From Felis catus (lineage: Eukaryota), in NCBI RefSeq assembly GCF_018350175.1, contig NC_058371.1, positions 6,944,001 to 7,008,000 of the forward strand: a stretch of DNA of 64,000 nt, read 5' to 3'. Below, one piece after another: positions 12,017 through 24,740 of this stretch (within the stretch, counting starts at the first letter, position 1; the number at the start of each line of letters is the position of its first letter). The notes beneath the pieces were generated by a model, which was given only the letters and a program-made list of their open reading frames with translations, was not told where the DNA came from and did no database searches. Position numbers and translations under genes: made by a program.

Positions 12017-13618
12017 TGACAAGGTTGCAACAGTAATCCAATGGAGAAAAGACAGCCTTTTGAACAAATGCTGGAGCAACTGAACACCCACAGCAAAAAC
12101 AGAAATGAGAACAACATTGACCATCTTAACAGCTTTTAGAAAAATTAACTCAAAATGGTTCATGGATTTAAGTGTAACTGTGAAACCATTAAACTTTTAG
12201 AAAAGCACATAGGAGAAAATCATCTAAGACTACACAAAAAGATCTGAGACTTGACTCCCAAAGAAACCATGATCCATAGAAAGAAGCTGGACTTCACAAA
12301 GTTAAAAAAAAATGCTGCTCAAAAGATCTATTAAGAGGTTAAAAATGCAATGTATTTTGGGGGGAAAATATTTGGAAATTGCATATCCAACACATGACCC
12401 ATATCAAGAATATATCAAGGACTCTCAGAGCTCAACAGTGAAAACAAGAAAAAATCCAATTAGAAAATAAGTGTGAGCCATCCATTTCGCTGAAGGTACA
12501 AAGATGGCAAAAACAAAAAACGAAACAAAACAAAAAAAACAAAACCACAGGATAAGGTGTTAAACATCATGAGATTTTAGAGAAAGTCAAACTAAAATGA
12601 CATATAAGCTGTTGATGACAAAAACAAAAAAATCGTGGCAACTTTTTGCAGCAGATGCTAGCTAGGGTGTGGATAAGCTAGGTCACGCTTACATTCCTGG
12701 TGGGAGTGTAAAAACGGTACAGCTACTCTGGGAAACAGTTTGGCATTCTTTTGTAAAAACTAAACCTGCAACCATATGACTTGGCAAGTGCATGTTGGGA
12801 CGCTTGTCTCAGAGTAATGACAAGTTGTGTTTGCTCAAACATCTATAAACGTAAAAGTTTACAACACCTTTACTTGTCATAGTACCAAACTGGAAAGAAC
12901 CCGGCTGTCCTCCAGCAGGTGAAGGGTTCAATGAATCCTGGTACATCCACCCGGTGGACTACGATGCAGGGACAAAAAGGGAAGACCTACTGAGACACGC
13001 ACCAAACATGGAGAGTCTCCAGACCACTACAGTGAGTGAAAAGTCCCCCAGAAGTTACCTACTGTAGGATTCCATTTATTTTATTTTCAAATTCATTTAT
13101 CTTGAGGGACACAGAAAGCGCATGCAAGCAGAGGAGGGGAAGACAGAGAAGGAGAGAGAGAATCCCAAATAGGCTCCTCACTGTCAGTGCAGAGCCTGAA
13201 GCCGGGCTTGAACTCACAAACCGCGAGATCATGACCTGAGCCGAAACTAAGTCGGTCGCTGAACTGATTGAGCCACCCAAGTACTCCTGTAGGATTCCAT
13301 TTATATGACGTTCCTGAAGAACAAGTTGTAGAAGTGAAGAGCAGATAAGTAGTACCCGGAATTAAGGTGGAGGCGGACACAGGAGGGAAGAGGATGTGGC
13401 CCTGAAAGGGCAACATGGCGGGCGTGGGTGGGGGCAGGGATCTCTGTGGTGATGGACTTGTTTTGTATCCGTGTCAGTATCTGGTGTTCGTAGTGTATTG
13501 TCCTCTGGTTGTGCTATTGGGAAAACTGCATTAAACGGTAGAGATGTATCTGTATTGTATTTTACAACTGTGCATGACTTTGTAATTATCTCAAAACAGA
13601 AAAATGTCATAAAAAAAG
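12017..13618 (+). mobile_element. Old L1M ORF2 3' end and 3' UTR
   Basis: FDK...IQWRKDSLLNKCWSN remnant, and 3' end ttttacaactg..gtaattatctcaaaa. Confidence 0.75.
13076..13287 (-). mobile_element. Can-SINE inside L1
   Basis: TSD tgtaggattccattta. Confidence 0.88.
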
Positions 13619-14061
13619 GTTGTTGCTTCAACAGGATTAAGCGCGTTGACCTTGGGGACTCAAGAGGGAAATAAGGCAAGATTTCTGACCCAACAGGGAA
13701 CCAAGGCTGGATCTTAGGCCTGGGGAACATGACCAGGAATCCTTACTTGAACTGGGTAATATGAAAGCTTAGAGTCAGAAAGTGATTTGGCAAATAATAG
13801 AAAGTCATTCGGGGACCTGGATCCAGTAATTGTCTCCAATTAAAGCCATGGAGTCAAGATGATTAACTTATATATGTGTATGACACATGAGAATCCTTAA
13901 TAAGTAAATTTATCTATCTACTTATCCTTAATATGTTCATTTCTCCACTTACCCATTTATCTATCATCTGTCTCAACAGGTGGTTGGGGCTGACTGCCTG
14001 AGGGCAAGTGAGAGGTTTGTTGATGTATAGTCTTTAGCAGTCCCCTTTAAAAAGAAATATC

Positions 14062-14310
14062 GGGGCGCCTGGGTGGCTCAGTCGGTTGGGTGACCGACTT
14101 CAGCTCAGGTCATGATCTCACACTCCGTGAGTTCGAGCCCCGCATCGGGCTCTGTGCTGACAGCTCAGAGCCTGGAGCCTGTTTCAGATTCTGTGTCTCC
14201 CTCTCTCTCTGACCCTCCCCCGTTCATACTCTGTCTCTCTATGTCTCAAAAATAAATAAACGTCGAATAAAAAAAATTTTTTTTAAATAAAAAAATAAAA
14301 AAAATAAATA
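14062..14310 (+). mobile_element. Can-SINE
   Basis: TSD aaaagaaatatc. Confidence 0.92.
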
Positions 14311-14453
14311 AAAAGAAATATCAGATCATTTGGGGAAAGTTCCCTTAGCAAAAAGTTATAGAAAAAGAAGGCAAGTAGGCAGGGACCATCAGGGTTAACT
14401 ACTCACATTTCCTTTCTAAGTGAAGCACTTGACAAACTGATAAAAAATAGTCA

Positions 14454-14465
14454 TTTATTTTTATT
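14454..14465 (-). terminator. DEFB106 poly(A) signals (two tandem AATAAA)
   Basis: tttatttttatt about 90 nt downstream of the stop. Confidence 0.65.
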
Positions 14466-14552
14466 GAGGTGTCTTCTCACTGAAGAGACCAGAGTAAAAA
14501 GAAGACAAAATGAGGTCATTTATGTCACTCTGGAATGCCAGAGCCTTCAGAT

Positions 14553-14704
14553 TCAATCATTTGTGTTCTTCCAACATGGCTGGAGGGTCAGGCAGCATTT
14601 CAGAGACTTCTGGCAGAGAGCAACAAGTTCTTCATTTTTCTGACAAGAATTCACGCACCTCCCTTGAAGCTTGGAGCATTTCTCATCAAAAAACGCGTTC
14701 CTGG
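14553..14704 (-). CDS. DEFB106: DEFB106 exon 2 ((A)RNAFFDEKCSKLQGRCVNSCQKNEELVALCQKSLKCCLTLQPCWKNTND*)
   Basis: Acceptor ccatag|CC. FFDEKC..NEEL.ALCQKSLKCC..QPC matches DEFB106. Not in the supplied ORF track; translated by hand. Confidence 0.95.
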
Positions 14705-16996
14705 CTATGGAAGGCAAGGAGCCACTGGGATTAATTCTCTCACATACATCCAGTTACCAGGTACAGTCTTGTAACTAGTTAGGAAAGATTTCTTTACAAG
14801 CTGCCGTGGTCTCATCCTGCCAGTAGATGAGATGGTAGGGAGATATTTTCTCTCTAATTTTTCTGTCTTTTTATTTTAGGGGATTAACGACCAGGAAGAA
14901 TACGTTTGTCTTGACATTTGGGGTTAGGCTGTGGGGGCTTTGGGAAGCAGAAGCTATTGTTCTTTTATCAGAATCTGTTAGCGGTACGTAATGACCACCT
15001 TGTCCTTGTAAACCCCTCCAGGGCAGGTAACTCCCCAACTCGCTGTCCAAGTGTTACACCCTGAGAATTGAGCAGGTCTGAGGCTGGGGACATGGCCCAC
15101 GATTGGAGTAATAAACAGGGATAAATATATAGAAAGGGAAAAGTTTACTCTTGTGGGTGGAAGGGAAAAGATTGCCTAGAAAGGCTCATCAGATTTCTTT
15201 GCCACATTTCATAAAACGTGTTCAAGGGCCAGTAGGGGCATGTGTTGGGAGTGGTTCCCCAGGACTCCTCTTGTCTATTCTGTGCAGAATATAGTGGCTC
15301 TGGCCTTAGTACTTTATCAGTAGCCGTCCTAAGAGCAGCCCGCTTCAAGTTAAGGAGAGACAGACATCTTACTGGAATCAACATTTTAGATTACCTAATC
15401 CAGGTATATTTAAGGACAGGCATCAGATGTACACAAGTTGAAATTAATGTCGACAAACAAAGGTGACTAATTCACATATATGTAAAACTAAAACCAGGCG
15501 GATTGGTATTAGCATGTGTACTAATCATTTCTAGCATCTGCATATAAGTTCATAAGTATCAAAATCCAGTGTTTCAAAGCTCAGTGAACTTTGGCCCCCA
15601 CTGCAGGGGACAGTACTCTATCCCCCCTCCTAATATTGTAAGGTCATCCCAGGCTGGAGGCACTGGACCTCACTTTTCACAAGGGTCCTTGTATTATATC
15701 CAGTTAACAGTGATGGTCCAGAAAGAGAGAGCCTCTGCAAAGAGAGAGCATCTGTGTCTACAAGGATTCGGATGGATCATCACACACACCCATCTAGAGG
15801 TTAATGTAACTCTGTGTGTGTGTGTGTGTGCGTGTGTGCAAATGCATATTAATAGGTCAGTTCCATTTGCTTATATAGATAATTTTATATTGCCTTATCT
15901 TATATTGTGTTAACTAAATTATATAATAAACCTGACTGATCTGAAAAGGGGGCCTTGGTCAGTTTCCAACGTGTACATCGAGGTCAGTGGAATGAATAGC
16001 TCACCGTAGGTCCTGGATCCCGGTGCACTTGGCACAGAATCGAACCACACAGGCTCACTGCAAAACAGACCAGCAACACATATAGCCGGTGTGAGAATTC
16101 TGAGCCTCCTAAGGAGACATCTATAGCATCTGGCACAATTTGGGCTCGTTGCAGGCTCTGAAAAGCCCTTTCTCTAGCTCTCTGGAAACTGGGATGAGTC
16201 TAGTCTTGGATTTTATTTTGAGGAAGATCTGACTGGAGCCACTAGAGGTTCCTGGGAGCCAGAGAATGTGGCAGGAGTCCTGCTGTGAACTCTCAGGTCC
16301 TGGCTTCATTCTGGCTTATCTGTGTGACTTTGAGAAGCCGCCTAGCCCATCTGAGGCTCAGTTTCTGCATCTGAAAAATATCTATAAAGCACACCTTCCA
16401 AGCCTGAAGTGTTGGTCTGAAATCACTAAATTCGAAATAGGACAGAGTTTCCTTAAAGGTCCTGGCATTGGAGAACCGCATGCATTTTGTGGTGTGAAGT
16501 GTTCGTCACAAGTGCCCAGCTTCATGGTGTTGTGACGAAGGAGCAGCAGTTTGACACGTACGTTGGACCTGCGCCATGGCCGGCGTGAACGCAGTGTCCG
16601 AGCTCCGTCCCTTTCCTCGTCCCTTTTTGCCTTTTTCTGGCTCTCTTTCTTACCTGTCTCATATCTATCACGACTATTTTTTACAAGATCCACAGATGCC
16701 AACCCTAGCTTTTACATTTTTTCCCCAATTTTTTGTTTTTGTTAGTTAGCATGGAGCTGGGGACCAAAGGGCATCTTTCCTGGCATATCTTTGTTTCCTC
16801 AACCCCGTGATACCCCATCTCAGACAATCAGGGAAAATGCAATGGATTCATAGAAGAGACATTAGGGGGGTCACCTCCCATAGTAAATGCTCCCCTGCAG
16901 GGCCACCGGGCTGACCACACCAAGGTGCTCACTGAAGCAGACTCTTTCTCTGGGCCACCACCTCTAGAACCTTCCCTGCAAAGACGTTCATTTTAC

Positions 16997-17045
16997 CTGG
17001 GGCCAGAAGGAAGAGAACAGCAAAGAGAAAGAGGAATGTCCTCAT
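16997..17045 (-). CDS. DEFB106: DEFB106 exon 1 (MRTFLFLFAVLFLLAP-A)
   Basis: ATG at 17045, 16 codons plus 1 nt, donor G|gtaaaa. Nearly identical to the human DEFB106 leader. Confidence 0.95.
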
Positions 17046-17107
17046 GTCTCGAAGGGTCTTGAGAGATCAGCACAGCGTCCATGATAAAAGAGCAGCAAAC
17101 ACCCACA

Positions 17108-17113
17108 TTTATA
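17108..17113 (-). promoter_or_regulatory. DEFB106 TATA box
   Basis: TATAAA on the minus strand 63 nt upstream of the ATG. Confidence 0.65.
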
Positions 17114-18039
17114 CATTTCTCTAGACCAGAGAACATCTTGATCAGCGAGGCATGCCACAAATGAGAACGTTTCCATGCTTTGCCAAGCCGAGCCCACATC
17201 TCAGTGGGTGTCACTCAGCCCGCAGCTCACTGCTTTTCTGACACTGGAAAGTTCCTAAGAAGGACAATGGGGAAGAAGGGAAGACAGAGTAGAGGGTGCC
17301 TTGATGATCAGGGGCAGATATATGCACCAGTAGGAAGAAAGATCTGGAATCTGGCAGTTTGGATTTCTAATCCTGACTATGCTCCTTAATAGCTTTGGTT
17401 CACTCATATGTAAAATCAGAGTAATTACAGAATATCATGATGGAGTCAGTGGGGTCTGAACTCCAGCTCCAATATTTGTGAGCTGTGTACATTCGGCAAG
17501 TGCCTTTACTGAAACATATGTTTTATTGTTTATTTTTTAAAAAGTGCTGATACTTTAAATACTATATACATCATCTTATTTAATCTGCAAACAGCTCCCT
17601 GGATAGTTATGAGCATATGGGATATTTGATATTTGATTAAGACTATAGATACATCAAATATCCATATACTCTGACCACAGGCTGCCACTAATTTGATTAT
17701 CTCTTTTTCCTAATCTGAAGTAAATCAGCTAAGTGGATGGAGAGAAAGGCCTGAATTACCCACTCTAATTCTTCCCTGTTGGGAAATACCCCTCTTTAAT
17801 GTGACATTAGGGAGATGAGCCTCCCTCATCATCATTCTCCCTATTATTATTGCTACTGAAAATTGAAATATCTTAAGATATTATTAAAATAATCACAAAC
17901 TCCCGAAAAGCAACCAAATGCTTGCTGTGTAACTGAAAACATGGTTTGTGAATGTGACCTGGATAAGACTATCAATTTACTTCTTCCTGCCATAGTAATG
18001 TCAATAAATGATTGAACGCACAAGTAACTGTGATAAAAG

Positions 18040-18545
18040 GGACACATTTTTAACAGAAGAATTGCAGATGGTCCCAGTAGACACCTCCCTCCAGGAGGTG
18101 AGGCTTGAGTCCTCCAACTTGAATGAAGGCGATTAATTCCAAAGAATGTGGGGAGGCAAGAGTGTCCCTTTAGCGCGGACAAAGCTGGCACCTTAAATGA
18201 GTGGCCAGGGTTAACATCAGGGGTGGACAGGCATGTCCCCAGCACATTCCCCTGACACGAGGGACAAGGTGAGGAGCCTCAACCCTGTGTTATTCTTCTC
18301 CCAGGCCCCAAACCCCAGTCCGGTTGTGAGAAAACCTCAGACAAACTCAAAATCTGTAGGGTAGTCAGTAGGAATATGACATACCAATGATAATTTCTTG
18401 GTTTTGACAAACGCATCGTGGTCATACTATTAATAATTATTAGCATGAATGTTAACATCAGGGGCAGCTGGGGGAGGGGTATGTGAGAACTCTCCACTGT
18501 GCAGGTTTTCTAAATTATTCTAAATTAAACAATTTGCTTAAAATA
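18040..18545 (+). mobile_element. L1MC-like 3' UTR
   Basis: gttaacatcagggg..tatgtgagaactctc..tattctaaa. Confidence 0.6.
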
Positions 18546-18622
18546 ACTATGCGGGAATGTTCCATGTATCCTTAGCCTCAGTCACCATGAGATTTTTGTG
18601 AGGTGTGTGTATGTATGCGTAC

Positions 18623-18648
18623 GTGTGTGTGTGTGTGTGTGTGTGTGT
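18623..18648. repeat. (GT)n microsatellite
   Basis: Seen directly. Confidence 0.9.
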
Positions 18649-18696
18649 TGATTATATATTCTTATATGAAAAATCCAGTGAAGAATGATAGGTTGA

Positions 18697-18909
18697 GGGT
18701 CACCTGGGTGGCTTGTCGGTTAAGTGTCAGACTTCGGCTCAGGTCATGATCTCATAGTTTGTGGATTCGAGCCCCGCGTTGGGCTCTGTGCTGACAGCTC
18801 AGAGCCTGGAGTCTGCTTTGGATTCTGTGTCTCCCTCTCTCTCTGCCCCTCCCTGCTCACACTCTGTCTCTCTCTTGCTCTGAAAAATAAATAAAACATT
18901 AAAAAAAAA
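18697..18909 (+). mobile_element. Can-SINE
   Basis: TSD aagaatgatagg(t/c)tga. Confidence 0.9.
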
Positions 18910-18972
18910 GAATGATAGGCTGAATATACAAATTTTTTCTATTCCCTTCCAATACTCACTTAAAAAATTTTA

Positions 18973-19117
18973 GGAGAGCCTGAGTGGCTCAGTTGGTTAA
19001 GTGTCAGACTCTTGATTTCTCCTCAGGTCATGATCTCATGGTTTGTGAGATCGAGCCCTGCATCAGGCTCTGGGCTGGCAGCACGGATCCTGCTTGGGAT
19101 TCTTTGTCTTCCTCTCA
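18973..19117 (+). mobile_element. Can-SINE, 3' truncated
   Basis: Head and body present, tail missing. Confidence 0.8.
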
Positions 19118-19126
19118 GCGTATGGT

Positions 19127-19476
19127 GTCTCAGTCTGTTTGAGCTGCTATAACCAAACACCCCAGACTCAGTAGCTTATAAACAACATTTATCACAGTTC
19201 TGGAAGCTGCAATACAAGACCAGGCACCAGCATGGCCGGGTGCTGGTGAGGACCCTCTTCTGGGTTGCAGATGGCTAACTTCTCACTGTGTCCTCCTTTG
19301 GGGGATGGGGACAGGGAGCTCTCAGGGGCCCCTTTTATAAAGGTGTTAATCCCATTCATGAGGGCTCCTTTCTCCTGACCTAATCACATCCCAAAGACTC
19401 ATCTCCAAACATCATCACCGTGAGGATTAGGTTTCAACATGAATGTTGGGGGGACACAGACATTCAGAGCATGGCA
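19127..19476 (-). mobile_element. MLT1 (MaLR) LTR
   Basis: gctgctataac..ttataaacaac..tcacagttctgga and ttaatcccattcatgagggc are MLT1 hallmarks. Confidence 0.75.
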
Positions 19477-20199
19477 TATGTGATTTTGTCTGAGCACTCA
19501 CAAATAGCCAACTAACTCTCCCAAGGGACGTGCAACGTTGTAAGAGCTAAGATGTGTCCTACTCACACCTCACTGTGAGGAGGGCAGATAACTTTGAGTG
19601 GGTGAATTCCAAGGATGTGGTGAGTCCCAGGGTTTGAGGGCTGCTCAGGGAAGAGGTAGAACCATGAGAGGTGTTAATCAGGTGGTACGTGGACAGGGTT
19701 GCATGAGGGGATGGGCCTCCCAGAGAAGGTAGCATGAGGCGCCCACCCCAAAGGGCCATGGAACTCCCAGGGGAGAGGGTGCCAGACAGGGGCTCATGAG
19801 TCTAGATGATACCTCTCACCAGCAAGGTGAGAAGTCTCGGGATCAAAGCCCTAGAAGGCTGTCAGCAATTTGGAGTCTTACAGCTCTGGGATTTGTCTTA
19901 TCTATGTTAGCAGATGTGGGGGGAACTTTTGTGGGGGTGTGCAAAGCAGGTAGGCTCTAAATGGCTAAACAAATGATGATTTGTACCATATTCAAAGCAG
20001 TTGCATATGGAAGGATTTGAGTTTGGAGCAGGAGGCTTTGAGCTACAGAAGTGAGCATGGTAGGGACCGCTCTATAGGGGCATCTCTGGCCTCATGATGG
20101 AGCAAGGAGGCTATGCAATCCCCATGACAAGGACTAGCCCATTAATTTGAAAGTTTCTAGAGTCATCTTGTTTTCCTAAGACTAGAAGTTCACTCCAGG

Positions 20200-20990
20200 T
20201 CAAGATCAGCTACATAACGTGCAAGGGCCCATGTTCAAGAAGTAGGAAAAAGGCGCCATTAAAGGTATCTAGTTCTCTCGATCTGTCATAGTAATGGTTC
20301 TTTGCTATTTAATGTCACAATCTCCTAGGCACAAAGATGCTTGAAGGACACTTGCAGATGCTCACACTGCCTGGGGATCCCCACACTGCCACTGCGCATA
20401 CGTGTGTGGTCCACCATCAGCCACTGCTGGACCGGCATGTCTTGCTCCAGAGAGAGTCAAGCCAGGTGTTTCCCCCATGAGCCTGCCGCTGCCATCCATG
20501 GTGGCCGGGCAACTCTCAAGGATATATCAATATCTGCTACAAGCAATCCGCATTGAATTGGGGGCTGGAGAGAGGTCTGCTCCTGCCAGGTTGCCCACCT
20601 ACACCATGGCACGGTCATGGCACGGGAGGGCTTGATGGCATGCTGGGCCCTAAGACACTGCCATCCCATCTCTAGGTACATCTCCACTCAGTACGAGCTG
20701 GGGGTCGGTGGTGGCAGTGTTTCTGGGAGGGATAGGAAAGGAGGAGGTTGGGTGGGGCCCCCAGGGCCGGGGGCCAGGAACCCCCAAGAAGGTGAGGAGG
20801 GGAAGGAAGGCAGATCATATGGGGACTGAGGCTCTAAGGTCCCAGACTTGCTCCTATTCCGACCAGATTTGATTTACAGAGCACATATTCAAAGATAAAA
20901 TTATTAAGAATTGCAATACAGTGAGTGCTGAGCATTAAACCCCAAGGTAAGAACAGGGGTGTGCAGCTGCCCTCCTCACACTTGGCCTGG
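20200..20990. mobile_element. hAT DNA transposon remnant (MER45-like)
   Basis: Segments cagctacataa..gggccc..tgttcaa and catattcaaagataaaattattaagaatt resemble MER45. Confidence 0.45.
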
Positions 20991-21875
20991 CTCCAGGTTA
21001 TTAAAAATGCCTGGAAGCTGAAGGCTGAGGCTGTTAGGCTCAGCTCTCGTCCTCTAGTACCTACGTATTGCCTTATGTTCACGAAGCTGCCTTGTTTGAA
21101 GGCCACGGAAACAAACGTACAGATATCAGCATGGCTGCACTTCCCAGGCCAGAAAAAGTTCACTGTGAGTTGGTGTAGTTGAAAAAGAATTTACATAAAA
21201 GTTGGACGCAAAGCAGGATAGACAGACACGTGAATGTAAGGCTGGTAATAATAGCCAGACACACTGATAGCCACTTAATACTCATTTCAGTGAGTCCTTT
21301 TAAATATCCTATGAAGTACGTACCTTTATTCCGTCCCCATTGTAAGATGAAGAGACAAGTTCAACAAAGTAAGCCACCTGCCCGAGGTCATACATCTGCT
21401 AACCCGCTCTGTCTGACCTCAGCCTGCCTTGTTCAGTTATCCTATTTTGCATTCCCAAGATGAAGAACAGAGCCTTGCAGAAGCATGGACAACAGGATGG
21501 GACTTATTTGGGGGTGCAGGGATATAAGTAGTAATTTTGATACCTGTGTTCTTGATGAATGAAAAGGATGTGGAAATTCTGCCTTTGGGCTGCTAGTTGA
21601 CATTGTCACAGGCTTGGGGATTCAGAGCTAAGTTGGTAAAATGACTACCACCCCCCCCCCCTTTTCTCCCAGACCACCATAAAATTGAGATTAACCAACC
21701 CCCTTTCTTGTGTGAAGGTAGTACAAATGAAAACCAGGGCAGTAACAGTGCACATTGCTTGGGCTTTTCTTACAGGGCACCAGGCTTCTTTCCAAGCACT
21801 TCCCTATGTTCCAAGCACATCCATAGCCTCATCCCTACAGCTTGACAACAACCCTAAGAGACTGGCAGAGGAGCT

Positions 21876-22070
21876 GTGGGCTTCAAAGAACCAAGTGGAT
21901 AGGCACAGCCATCCCCATCCCCCCAGCAAGCTTCAGCACAAAGCAAGCAGCAGTTAGCATGAACACAAACAGTTCTTGGGTTGGTGCTCAGAAGTTAGGT
22001 GGGCAACCTGAGAAGATCCAGCCTCAAGGTGATGGAACGCAGCTCAGGAATGGACCAGCTCTGGGCATGT
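21876..22070 (+). repeat. About 195-nt direct repeat, copy A
   Basis: Aligns by eye to 24741-24937 with roughly 25 differences. Confidence 0.9.
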
Positions 22071-22355
22071 TGCGTCTGTCAATCACTATGGCTGCTCCTT
22101 AGTCAATGGAAGAGACAATGGAGCTGGGAGAGAGAAGGGGCTAGCAGGCTCCTACATCCTGCATCAGTAGCAACAGTGCGTGGCTCCTGGTTTTCCAGCT
22201 CCTGGCCTCATGTTCCTTCCACTGCCCCAGCCAGAATTCCCAGAATACAGGTCCTCCCATCATGTCAGTCCTTGATCCTAGGAAATGGAGCATGTCAGTG
22301 TGCTTTCTTTATTGATTCACTTCATTGACCAAGTGTATTCCCCATTACTTTCAAA

Positions 22356-22360
22356 TATAA
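22356..22360 (+). promoter_or_regulatory. DEFB105 TATA-like box
   Basis: aaaTATAAg about 65 nt upstream of the ATG at 22422. Confidence 0.55.
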
Positions 22361-22421
22361 GTGAGCCTCCTGTCCTCTCGCAGAGGTCCCAGACCTCTGC
22401 TCTGAAGAGTCTTCCCCAGAA

Positions 22422-22491
22422 ATGACCCTGACCGGGAAGATGTCTTATGTTGTCTTTGCCTTTTTCTTCATTTTCACCCAGTTTCCATCAG
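22422..22491 (+). CDS. DEFB105: DEFB105 exon 1 (MTLTGKMSYVVFAFFFIFTQFPS-G)
   Basis: 23 codons plus 1 nt, donor G|gtaatt. Resembles human MALIRKTFYFLFAMFFILVQLPSG. Confidence 0.92.
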
Positions 22492-22851
22492 GTAATTGCA
22501 AATGGATGGGATTGTGATGGGGGCAGCTCTTAAAGCCTGATGGTTCTTCTGTGGGCCACCGTAAAATCGAGATTAACAGTCAGCTCCCCACTGAGGTCCT
22601 CACGAGAATTTCTTGAATCTACAGTGGCATTTTCTCAGCAAACTACAATTCCCTCTCTCACCTACCCCCAACCTTTTTATTAAACTTCTTACTGGTTACC
22701 CAGAGTGCTAGCCTTCAGAAATAGAATAAAGATACGGCCTCTGTGATCTGCTGACCTTTGACAGCAGATGTGTGGAGCCAGGAATGTTGTTTTGTACAGC
22801 GTTATTTCCTGCACTGACTTTAAAATCCAAAATGTGCTATTTTGAATTTAG

Positions 22852-22893
22852 GGTGCCAGGCAGGACTCGAGTATTCCAAGCCACTTCCAGGAG
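22852..22893 (+). CDS. DEFB105: DEFB105 exon 2 (GCQAGLEYSKPLPG-G)
   Basis: 42 nt, tttag| to G|gtaagt. GCQAGL matches the extra middle exon typical of DEFB105. Confidence 0.93.
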
Positions 22894-22994
22894 GTAAGTT
22901 GAATCCCCTGTGTGTAATTTCTACTTTTAAGACCTCTGACCTGTCAGCTCCCTCTGACTTCTGGAGGCAAGGTGTGATAGAAATAATCAGAAGA

Positions 22995-23223
22995 GGGGCG
23001 CCTGGGTGGCGCAGTCGGTTGAGCGTCCGACTTCAGCCAGGTCACGATCTCGCGGTCTGTGAGTTCGAGCCCCGCGTCAGGCTCTGGGCTGACGGCTCAG
23101 AGCCTGGAGCCTGTTTCCGATTCTGTGTCTCCCTCTCTCTCTGCCCCTCCCCCGTTCATGCTCTGTCTCTCTCTGTCCCAAAAATAAATAAAAGTTGAAA
23201 AAAAAAAAGAAAAAAAAAGAAAG
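22995..23223 (+). mobile_element. Can-SINE (young felid type) in DEFB105 intron 2
   Basis: TSD aatcagaaga. Confidence 0.93.
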
Positions 23224-24740
23224 AATCAGAAGAATAGAGTTGCCTGAAACCCCAGATTTCTGCCTCTTGTAGCCAGCATCATATCTGGGTTTGCTATCTC
23301 ACAGGGAAATCTCTTAGTTACTGAATTGGAATTTCGGCTACAGAGATTTGGACCTGGTAATGACCTATTGTCATCAGCTTGTGGTGCTAATGAAAGCAAG
23401 GTTACAGGATCAGGCTTGTACCGGCCAAGAAGCACTGCTCTGAGAACATGCTCGCCCACGTCTTACAGGCTCTGCCCCTAAACCCAGTAAGAGGTGTCCC
23501 AGCCTATGCTACTGGTCTCAGAAGGATCAAATAAAGGAGTGGTGAAATCTCACCGCCAATACAGAAGAGCTGTGCCCGTTGAAGCACCCCCTGATCTCTT
23601 TGTATACTTATCTTCTGCAGGAAGAATGCGTATTATAAACAGAACCGAAAGAAATATCTCTGGAGAATTGCAAACAGAATTTAAAAGTGTTTAGACAGCA
23701 TTTTGGAGTGAGAAACAATTAAGATTCTACTCATCACTGAGCAGTTCCTGTGCACCAGGCAGTCTATTAACTTTATGTGGATTATGTCATTTAACCTTCA
23801 AAACGTCCCTAGGATGTGGGTGATATTGTAACTGCTGTCTTATACAAGACGATGAAGCTGGGACATGGATGAGACGTTAAATAATTGTCCCCGGGTGACA
23901 GAATGACAAGTGGTAAGCTAGGCTTCCAATTCAGGATGCCAGAGTCACAAAGTCTGGATTCTGTGATTCCCAACCAGGTAGGAAAGCGCCCAGCAATAGC
24001 CTTGAGCAGAGGTGGCATACAAAATCCTCAACAGACAGCAAGGCATTGAACGGTCAGACCACACCCTGCCTGAAAAGAGCAGATGCTGTCATAAATAATC
24101 ACTCCGACCATTGCTTGTAAGCCCTGCATGTAAACACAGCCAGAGCGGGTTAGCAGGAGAATGGGTGTTCTAATTTGGCAGCAAATGGGCATCTAGAGAC
24201 TCTACCCGGCATTCCGAAGCGTAGGTCAGATTAGAAACACAACATAAGTCCATATCCTACCCGGTTCCAGGGCTGAAAACGCTGATTCCTCCCTGCCTCG
24301 GTAATGCAAGGCTCAGGAGGTAAGACAGGCTGGGGCATCATCTGAGTGAAGACGGGTGGAACTCACATAAGCTGGGAAGACAAGGTGGATGGCTGCTCAC
24401 CCAGAAGTTCCCAGGTAAGGAAGAAGATTGGAACTCAGAAGGAGAAAATGATAAAATCAGCAGCTACACATGAACAAGGAGTTGAAGTGTTGTGTGGCGA
24501 GGAAGCAGGGCACTGGTTTTTCAGTGTTCTCAGGAAGCCTTCAGTAGAATGTTAGCTTGTGTCTGCTCTTGCCCCCAATCAAAGCGGGTTGGAATAAAAG
24601 TCATCAGGGGCTTTGTTTCAGAGCCAGTAGGAATTCTTATCACAAGTTGTGATGAGTGCACTACGTCTGGCAGAAGAGACATGTGATGCGGACTTGGGCT
24701 TTACTAGAGCGAAGCCTGAGGAACAGATCTGACTCTAACG

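Noticed and set aside
23616-23682. Degenerate second copy of DEFB105 exon 3 (tgcaggaagaatgc..ggagaattgcaaacagaattt)
   Set aside because: Two short patches with wrong spacing, no CC doublet and no similar flanks.
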